Origin: Candidatus Heimdallarchaeota archaeon
Lineage (GTDB): Archaea; Asgardarchaeota; Heimdallarchaeia; Heimdallarchaeales; Heimdallarchaeaceae
Length of the DNA: 11,615 nt
NCBI GenBank assembly: GCA_030668875.1
Contig: DAOVER010000073.1
Coordinates: forward strand, 1-11,615
Direction: 5' to 3'
Shown one piece after another: positions 1-5,767 of the stretch. Positions within the stretch are counted from its first letter, which is position 1. Every line of letters starts with the position of its first letter. The notes under the pieces are model-generated. The model did not search any database. It saw only the letters and a program-made list of their open reading frames with translations, and was not told the origin of the DNA. The translations under genes and the position numbers were made by a program.

Positions 1-178
1 ATTAGAACCAAGGAGCACTAAGCGCAACTGTAGGATGCAAATGGAGCACTTGCACACTCCGCTTCCTCCTACCCCTAATCATGAACCTCATGATTCTTCC
101 CCTCAACGCACGTGAGGGGACCCACTTAAACGACGGTCAGAATGCTTCTGGCAAGTTTGACCAAGTTTCATAACGTGC
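1..178 (-). mobile_element. Left end of a GC-rich, highly structured inserted element interrupting the beta-helix gene (class uncertain; possibly group II intron-like RNA); continues beyond position 1
   Basis: G+C is 89/180 (49%) in 1-180 versus 53/180 (29%) in 181-360. Four adjacent hairpins: ggtca/tgacc 135-162, tcccctca/tgagggga 98-120, aatcatga/tcatgatt 77-95, gtagga/tcctac 30-72 with inner ggag/ctcc 43-60 (GCAA tetraloop on the minus strand). The host repeat period breaks at the same point. Boundary is uncertain by a few nt (about 173-179). Confidence 0.55.
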
Positions 179-1054
179 GTAGTCATTACCAATACATGTA
201 TTATTTGTGATGACATTATATTTTGCTGCTTCTACATGTATACCATGTTCTGTGTTATCTGTGCAAATGTTGTTGAAAAGTGTATTCTCAAGTGAATTAC
301 TATTTTCTAGATATATCCCGTCAACATTGTTGTTATTACATGTATTATTTGAAATCAGTCCATAATCTAAGCTGCCTATATGAATACCATAATCGTTCTC
401 ATTACAGGTGTTATTATTTATTATGTGCCCTCTAGATAAGCTAGATGATCCAACTATGTGAATTCCATAGCCTATAATACTCTGTCCAGAAATACCTACA
501 TGTCCATTGAAAGTGTTGTCAGCAACAGTACAATTATTTGCGTCTAGATACAAACCTATATTGCTATCATTACATACATTATTTGTAATCGTTACAAAAT
601 CTGCTCCTAAAATCGCTATCCCTATTGTTTTATTGCTGTGAAAATAATTGTTCTCTATTATACATGTGTCGTCTGCAACAGTACCTCCAATATAGATAGC
701 ATAGTGTGTATCAGTATAAACTTCACAATTTCTGATGATAAAGTGTTGTGAAGTTCCCGCGACGAATATACCTATAATTGAATCATTAACAATTTTATAA
801 TTCTCAATTATATACGGAGTAGATTCTGAGCCATCTCCTTCTGAACTATATTTGGCAAAATCAACATCATTTATAATCTGAATATTATCAATTTGTGTTA
901 TTGAAAAACGAGGAAAGAAACCTTGATTCTCTTCTACCAGTATGATCTTTTCCTCAAACTCTTGATTAATCTCAACTTCAGCTGTAATTAAGAAACTTAA
1001 AACAAATAGTGATATAATAATACAAGAAACTCCTTTCTTCCTAACTTTAGACAC
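137..1054 (-). CDS. Secreted right-handed parallel beta-helix repeat protein (NosD/CASH, pectin lyase-like fold), apparently truncated at the C-terminus by the insertion
   Basis: The ORF track starts at 1165, but GTG at 1054 is more likely: AGGTG at 1067-1063 with an 8-nt spacer, TTTATTAA at 1097-1090, and a basic-then-hydrophobic signal peptide (SKVRKKGVSCIIISLFVLSFLI). It has a GDGSESTPYIIEN motif and repeated NNxCN..YGIxI coils. The last 13 aa (ARYETWSNLPEAF) come from the GC-rich insert. Confidence 0.85.
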   Translation of the reverse strand: MSKVRKKGVSCIIISLFVLSFLITAEVEINQEFEEKIILVEENQGFFPRFSITQIDNIQIINDVDFAKYSSEGDGSESTPYIIENYKIVNDSIIGIFVAGTSQHFIIRNCEVYTDTHYAIYIGGTVADDTCIIENNYFHSNKTIGIAILGADFVTITNNVCNDSNIGLYLDANNCTVADNTFNGHVGISGQSIIGYGIHIVGSSSLSRGHIINNNTCNENDYGIHIGSLDYGLISNNTCNNNNVDGIYLENSNSLENTLFNNICTDNTEHGIHVEAAKYNVITNNTCIGNDYARYETWSNLPEAF

Positions 1055-1180
1055 CCCATTTACACCTATTATTTCGAGTTTAACATGCTTTAATAAACAA
1101 TAGTAAGAGGCAATTTGCTTTGTATTCAGAGTTCTGTATAATTCTACACAAAGGGGTATGTCCAAGACAAGAAGAAGTTG

Positions 1181-1195
1181 TGGAAAATTTATAAA
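1181..1195 (+). promoter_or_regulatory. Archaeal BRE-TATA promoter of the 74-aa ORF (probably leaderless)
   Basis: GGAAAA (1181-1186) then TTTATAAA (1188-1195), 24 nt before ATG 1220. Confidence 0.55.
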
Positions 1196-1219
1196 GTATA
1201 CAAAGAATTTTTTGATAGA

Positions 1220-1444
1220 ATGAGTTATTTACAAGATGAGATAAGAGATAGATATGAAGGGAGAGTTGATCCACAAGCAAATAAGTGGACAGCATTTCGA
1301 ATATTACAGAAGAGTTTGGAAGAATTCGAGTTTGATGCAGAAGAAATACAATTATTAGGCGCAATTATCTCTGACGTAGTTAATAAGCATGGAGGGTCTA
1401 AAGAGGAGGTTTTTAGAGCATTGTACAGAGGCTATAAAATGTAA
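1220..1444 (+). CDS. Small hypothetical protein, 74 aa (MSYLQDEIRDRYEGR...ALYRGYKM), predicted helical
   Basis: Open frame with protein-like composition. ATG 1220 is preferred over GTG 1178 because the TATA box lies inside the GTG extension at leaderless spacing. No family recognised. Confidence 0.7.
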   Translation: MSYLQDEIRDRYEGRVDPQANKWTAFRILQKSLEEFEFDAEEIQLLGAIISDVVNKHGGSKEEVFRALYRGYKM

Positions 1445-1616
1445 AAAACAGAACCTTTAATCAAAATATTTTGCCATGATGACAACTTTTTACATTTTTA
1501 GTAAGTAAAAATCAATGCTATTTCAAATTTTCTCTGATTATATTTAAATACTATGCAAACCTTTATTCCTTTGATATTCTTAGGAGTTTCTGCTCCAGAA
1601 TAAGGGAGAAATTAAA

Positions 1617-2444
1617 ATGAAAAAAAGCAAACAAATAATGACTATATCCTTTGTCCTATTTATTTCACTAAGTCTTATACAGATTTCAAATCTAAGTAAT
1701 TCAGTGAATGCGAAAACTAATTTGACCTTTATAGAGGAAATTAGAATTGAAAGCGATGCTGATTTTGAATTATTCGCGTCTTCAGGTGATGGTTCTGCAA
1801 ATAAACCATATATTATTGAAGAATTTAATGTTACTAGTTCTACTTTGAGTGGAATTAATATCCGTTTCACTACTAAATATTTCATAGTTAGAGATTGTTA
1901 TGTAACTGGTCATTACACTGGAATCAATCTGATAGGAGTTAGTAATGGAACTGGAAAAATAATAAACAATGAGGTTGAACTTAATACAAAAGGAATTTCT
2001 TTATCTAATGTCAATCATTCTGAAATTGCTTACAACAATATTATTAACAATACAATGACTGGAATCCAATTAGGAACAGAAGATACTAGTAGCGTTGAGC
2101 CAATTTATGGTAACATCATTCATCATAACAACTTTATATCCAATGATTGGTATTATGTGAATGGGGTATTTACACCATCCAGTGATCATCAAGCAATAGA
2201 TGAAGGTATTGAAAACTTCTGGTACGATAATTCGACTAATGAAGGTAATTACTGGGATGATTATGAAGGTACGGGAGTATATACAATTGAAGGAGAAACA
2301 GGGTCAGAAGATCCATATCCATTAACTGAACAAGCTGACTATGCTACAGTAGAGACACCAATGAATTATTGGGCTACAGTTCTAAGCTTATCTTTGGCTG
2401 CAATGTTTGTATTCATAACACGAAAAAATATGAAACATAAATAA
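1617..2444 (+). CDS. Membrane-anchored surface protein with NosD/CASH parallel beta-helix domain
   Basis: Signal peptide MKKSKQIMTISFVLFISLSLI; GDGSANKPYIIEE motif; NN..GI coils; GNYWDDY and EDPYPL motifs typical of archaeal NosD-like proteins; C-terminal TM helix plus basic tail RKNMKHK; GGGAG upstream of the ATG. Confidence 0.9.
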   Translation: MKKSKQIMTISFVLFISLSLIQISNLSNSVNAKTNLTFIEEIRIESDADFELFASSGDGSANKPYIIEEFNVTSSTLSGINIRFTTKYFIVRDCYVTGHYTGINLIGVSNGTGKIINNEVELNTKGISLSNVNHSEIAYNNIINNTMTGIQLGTEDTSSVEPIYGNIIHHNNFISNDWYYVNGVFTPSSDHQAIDEGIENFWYDNSTNEGNYWDDYEGTGVYTIEGETGSEDPYPLTEQADYATVETPMNYWATVLSLSLAAMFVFITRKNMKHK

Positions 2445-2448
2445 TTAC

Positions 2449-2478
2449 TTTTTTAAATATTTTTTTTATCAAAAAAAA
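2449..2478. terminator. Bidirectional oligo-T/oligo-A terminator between convergent genes
   Basis: T6 at 2449-2454, then T8-ATC-A8 at 2460-2478, between the stops at 2444 and 2482. Confidence 0.65.
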
Positions 2479-2481
2479 GGA

Positions 2482-3300
2482 TTAAACTAGTTTGACAAGA
2501 GCTTTTTCTCTTTTAAACAAACTAGTTGATATCTTAAACAAACCTGCTGCAATGATTAAGAGTACTATTGGTGCAACTACAATTCCTAGTATCATATTGT
2601 AGAAGAATAAAACCACCTGCAATCCAATCAACATTAATAGAGGTATTAGCAGTAATCCGCCTAATTGAGTCGCATCTCTTACGGTTGAAACTCTAGTGGA
2701 AACCAAAATCAAACCTTCAACAGCTATTATTGTGATTATCGGGCTTATTACGAATAGAAAAATTATCGATATCAGATCAGGAAAGAAAATCCTGCCTATC
2801 ATCGGATACAATATAATATCCATAACTAAAGAAAAGGTAACGATAGCAACTGTAGTTGCTATGAATGAAGGAATAAATGATGAGATAATCTTGCCTGTTA
2901 CTATTTCTTTCTCACTCAATGGTGTAGTCAATAATGCTTCCATCGTTTTTCTCTCTCTTTCTCCCGCTATTGTCTCTGCAGCAATTACCGATGTGATGAT
3001 AATTGGCATCATAGCAACTAAAACTAATACAATATATCCTATTCCAATAGTTGATTTAGCTTGATTTGTAAAGTCTTCCCAATCATCTATAGCTCCTGAT
3101 AGAATATTATCCATGAATGTTACAGAACTCTCATCACTATTTTCACCAGCTCCAAATGAACCAGAATATAGCATTACTTGTAAAGGAACTATCGCTCCTA
3201 TAACCAAAGGTAGTACTATAATTGAAAACACTATATATTTTGATTTTGTATAATCTTTTATGTCTTTTACTGAAAGAGCCCAAAGTCTTTTCCACTTCAT
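2482..3300 (-). CDS. ABC-2 type exporter permease subunit
   Basis: About 6 hydrophobic segments; IAGERERKTMEALLTTPLS...GK motif characteristic of ABC-2 permeases; ATGA overlap with the ATPase stop and a GGAGG SD inside the ATPase 3' end. Confidence 0.92.
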   Translation of the reverse strand: MKWKRLWALSVKDIKDYTKSKYIVFSIIVLPLVIGAIVPLQVMLYSGSFGAGENSDESSVTFMDNILSGAIDDWEDFTNQAKSTIGIGYIVLVLVAMMPIIITSVIAAETIAGERERKTMEALLTTPLSEKEIVTGKIISSFIPSFIATTVAIVTFSLVMDIILYPMIGRIFFPDLISIIFLFVISPIITIIAVEGLILVSTRVSTVRDATQLGGLLLIPLLMLIGLQVVLFFYNMILGIVVAPIVLLIIAAGLFKISTSLFKREKALVKLV

Positions 3301-4265
3301 TTTGATTCCTCCATTTCTTCTTGGTGATTATCACCATTAACTAACTCCAAGTAAATTTGTTCTAAATCAGGTCGATTATGTCTGACTTCAGTAATGTCTA
3401 AATCTAATCTCGATAAATCTTTGATTATCTTTGGAGTAGTTTCTTCGATATTTTCAAGTTTTAATGTTACAGATAATTTCTCCTTGTCCTCATCAGTAAT
3501 TTTTATAGAACTAGTGCTAAAATAGTCTGATATCTGTTTATCCCATGTCTTGAATCTGAAGACTGTAATGATATCAGTATGTAATAATGATCGAAGCTCT
3601 GAAGGTTTTCCAATAGCAATTAATTTTCCTCTTTCTAAAATGCCTACTCTTGAGCATAATTTCTCTGCTTCACTTAGATTATGGGTATTAATGAAAACAG
3701 TTCTATTCTCATTTTTTGTTAAATCTACTATTAGTTCTCTTACCATTTTTGCAGCTTCAGGTGATAGTGATCCTGTTGGTTCATCTAAGAAAAGCATCTC
3801 TGGTGAATGAATAATAGCTCTAGCAATTGCAACTTTTTGTCGCATTCCTTTAGACAATTTTCCCGCAGATTCATTTTCCTTGTCAGCTATGTTAAATTGC
3901 TTTAATAAATTCTTAACCCTCAAATCTCTCTCCTCTTTCGGAATATTATGCACTTTTGCAAAGAAATCTAAATTGTCTCGAACACTTAATCTTTGATATA
4001 ATGAAGGTGTTTCTGTAAGAATTCCTACATTTTCTCTTATTTGATTTGAGTGCGTTTTACTATCAAATCCTAATACCGAAGCACTACCTGAAGAAGGTTC
4101 TAGCATTCCTGTAAGTAATCTAACAGTTGTAGTTTTACCTGCTCCATTTGGACCTAAAAGACCAAATATCTCTGATTCCTTTATCTTTAAGTCTAGTGCA
4201 TTAACAGCTTGCAACCCGTTGAAATTTTTTGTTAATCCCTGAGTTTCCATAACACTTTTACTCAT
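3297..4265 (-). CDS. ABC transporter ATP-binding subunit (multidrug/peptide exporter type)
   Basis: Walker A GPNGAGKT, signature LSKGMRQK, Walker B MLFLDEP, H-loop NTH, C-terminal extension ending RPDLEQIYLEL. Confidence 0.96.
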   Translation of the reverse strand: MSKSVMETQGLTKNFNGLQAVNALDLKIKESEIFGLLGPNGAGKTTTVRLLTGMLEPSSGSASVLGFDSKTHSNQIRENVGILTETPSLYQRLSVRDNLDFFAKVHNIPKEERDLRVKNLLKQFNIADKENESAGKLSKGMRQKVAIARAIIHSPEMLFLDEPTGSLSPEAAKMVRELIVDLTKNENRTVFINTHNLSEAEKLCSRVGILERGKLIAIGKPSELRSLLHTDIITVFRFKTWDKQISDYFSTSSIKITDEDKEKLSVTLKLENIEETTPKIIKDLSRLDLDITEVRHNRPDLEQIYLELVNGDNHQEEMEESK

Positions 4266-4291
4266 TTCCTTGTAACTCCATATTATTCACA

Positions 4292-4340
4292 TTTCATTTG
4301 ATACTGTAATTTGAACCGTCAAATAAGACGTCAAATGAAA
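4292..4340. promoter_or_regulatory. Nested double-palindrome operator in the divergent ABC/wHTH promoter region
   Basis: Outer perfect 10-bp IR TTTCATTTGA (4292-4301) / TCAAATGAAA (4331-4340); inner ATTTGA-ACCG-TCAAAT (4309-4324); nearly the same symmetry centre (4316 and 4316.5). Confidence 0.75.
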
Positions 4341-4350
4341 AGTTTATAAC
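4337..4350 (+). promoter_or_regulatory. BRE-TATA promoter of the wHTH regulator gene
   Basis: GAAAAG (4337-4342) plus TTTATAAC (4343-4350), 22 nt before ATG 4373; the BRE overlaps the operator's right arm. Confidence 0.6.
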
Positions 4351-4372
4351 TGTGTTGGTGTAGCTCTATTCA

Positions 4373-5056
4373 ATGAAACCCGAAGAGACTGATGTAAAAG
4401 ATATTTTTAATGGAGATAATGCAGGAAATTTAATAGAGGTTCTATCTAAAAAAAGCCGTTTTCAGATATTCATAAATTTGTTAGTTTACCCAGAATTGAG
4501 TCTTACTGAGCTAAGTGAGTCTATTGGAAAAAGCAAATCCACAATTCATAGAGATTTACAAGAGCTAATAGAATCTGGGATAATAAGAGAACATCGCCAA
4601 GATTCTTCAACTAAATCGAAATACTACGTTATACAGAAAAAATCAATTTTCCAAGATTTGCAAATAATAACATCCCCTGAGAAAATGAACAAACTATCAG
4701 CTGAAGAGCGAAAAAGCGCATTTAATCTTCTACTGTCTATGATTGATTCAGCTTTTTTTATATTAGAAAACAGTATCGGAATTGTAACCAAATATGTTGA
4801 AAGATTTAAAGAAGCAAAACAAGATCTTTCGTTACCTGATAATGAAACATTTTTAAGATGGATTAAGGAATTTGGGGTTTCACTTAGATTTGTCCCATTA
4901 AGCAACAAAACATTTCCCATTTATGAAAAACATTTGAAAAATTTTGTTTCAGAAGTCAGTTCAGAATTATTAAGTAACGATTTACAAGAAGATTTGTTTA
5001 ATGGTGATTATTTGGCTTGGAACGTAATATTACCTATGAAGAAAGCTTTGAAGTAA
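4373..5056 (+). CDS. Winged helix-turn-helix transcriptional regulator (ArsR/HTH_20-like N-terminus plus C-terminal domain)
   Basis: VLSKKSRFQIFINL...LSLTELSESIGKSKSTIHRDLQELIESGII followed by the wing KSKYY; divergent from the ABC operon. Confidence 0.88.
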   Translation: MKPEETDVKDIFNGDNAGNLIEVLSKKSRFQIFINLLVYPELSLTELSESIGKSKSTIHRDLQELIESGIIREHRQDSSTKSKYYVIQKKSIFQDLQIITSPEKMNKLSAEERKSAFNLLLSMIDSAFFILENSIGIVTKYVERFKEAKQDLSLPDNETFLRWIKEFGVSLRFVPLSNKTFPIYEKHLKNFVSEVSSELLSNDLQEDLFNGDYLAWNVILPMKKALK

Positions 5057-5080
5057 ATGAAATTATGATGTAAACTTTTG

Positions 5081-5095
5081 CTTCTCAAGGAAAAA
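5081..5095 (+). repeat. 15-bp intergenic direct repeat, copy 1 (CTTCTCAAGGAAAAA)
   Basis: Exact match to 9627-9641; 56 nt upstream of ATG 5152. Confidence 0.5.
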
Positions 5096-5151
5096 GGATA
5101 CGTGTTTGAATGCTTTTAAATACATAGAGCTCATTTACTTCACTGGTAAAA

Positions 5152-5682
5152 ATGTCATTATCTGAAAAAATTCATTTTAAAATGATTTCTTTTGTTCATG
5201 ATACAATGTATGGTCTTTTTGTCAATCCCTATAAAATACTTGAACAAGCAGGGCTTAAACTTAATCAAACAATCCTAGAAGTCGGCTGTGGTCCAGGTCA
5301 CTACACAATTCCTGCATCAAAAATAGTAGGAGAGAACGGATTTATTTATGCTATTGATATCAATCCATTTGCAATAGAATCAGTAAATAAGAAAGTTAAG
5401 AAAGCTGGAGTAAAGAATGTTGAAGGCATAGTAATAAGCGTGTATGATACAGGTTTAGAAGATCAAAGTATTGACTTAGCTTTTCTCTTTGGTGTTAGAC
5501 ATGTTTTAGATTACATAAAAGTAAAGAAAGAAATGAGTCGAATAATTAAAACTGATGGAATTCTCGCTACACAAAAATGGGGTCACAACAAGAAATTAAT
5601 ATCGCTTCTAACAGAGAATCAAGTATTTTCTCTAGTTGAAGAAACAAAGCAAGTTTTAAAATTCAAGAAATTAGCTTCTTAA
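5152..5682 (+). CDS. Class I SAM-dependent methyltransferase (UbiE-like size; substrate unknown)
   Basis: Motif I ILEVGCGPG, acidic post-beta2 YAIDIN, SIDLAFL; TTTAAATA at 5115-5122 upstream. Confidence 0.92.
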   Translation: MSLSEKIHFKMISFVHDTMYGLFVNPYKILEQAGLKLNQTILEVGCGPGHYTIPASKIVGENGFIYAIDINPFAIESVNKKVKKAGVKNVEGIVISVYDTGLEDQSIDLAFLFGVRHVLDYIKVKKEMSRIIKTDGILATQKWGHNKKLISLLTENQVFSLVEETKQVLKFKKLAS

Positions 5683-5730
5683 GCTATTGTGAATTTTTCA
5701 TAGTATGTTGGTTACAATTTTATCTTTAAT

Positions 5731-5746
5731 GAAATATATTTATTAA
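5731..5746 (+). promoter_or_regulatory. BRE-TATA promoter of the tldD-pmbA operon
   Basis: GAAA followed by TATATTTATTAA, ending 21 nt before ATG 5768; no SD visible. Confidence 0.45.
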
Positions 5747-5767
5747 TGTCCTAATTCCTATTCCGTT

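Noticed and set aside
2-115. Short open frames inside the insert (plus frame ending TGA 113-115; minus 29-aa MRFMIRG…)
   Set aside because: They run through the hairpins, have no SD and an unprotein-like composition; better explained as RNA structure.
1-174. Group II intron 3' end on the plus strand (…CATAAC followed by GTGCG at 175-179)
   Set aside because: No D5 hairpin with an AGC/CGC triad and GNRA loop upstream, no bulged A at -7/-8, and the sequence after GTGCG is simply antisense of the host gene.
1-180. Canonical IS110 bridge RNA or HEARO/omegaRNA
   Set aside because: No segment matches the left flank (…AATGACT) as a target guide, the junction-complementary bases sit in a terminal rather than an internal loop, and the long first stem of HEARO is absent. 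Not fully excluded without the rest of the element.
137-720. Diversity-generating retroelement (Asn-codon-rich repeats, altered C-terminus, downstream hairpins)
   Set aside because: No TR/VR pair differing only at adenines and no RT in the window. The 15-nt match TACATGTATTATTTG (193-207, 337-351) is two NNTC coding coils 144 nt apart.
1055-1165. N-terminal 37-aa extension of the beta-helix ORF
   Set aside because: It precedes the signal peptide and contains the likely TATA and SD; treated as upstream regulatory DNA.
1080-1364. 94-aa minus-strand ORF
   Set aside because: Antisense to the 74-aa gene and its promoter; Leu/Ser-rich shadow composition.
1487-1511. IR TTTTTAC-N11-GTAAAAA, and TTCTG-N3-CAGAA at 1588-1600
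   Set aside because: Short, low-complexity arms expected by chance in AT-rich DNA.
1580-1885. 101-aa minus-strand ORF
   Set aside because: Antisense shadow of the 1617-2444 beta-helix gene.
2696-3810. ORFs 2696-3064 (+), 3143-3337 (-) and 3550-3810 (+)
   Set aside because: Antisense or out-of-frame overlaps of the well-supported ABC genes.
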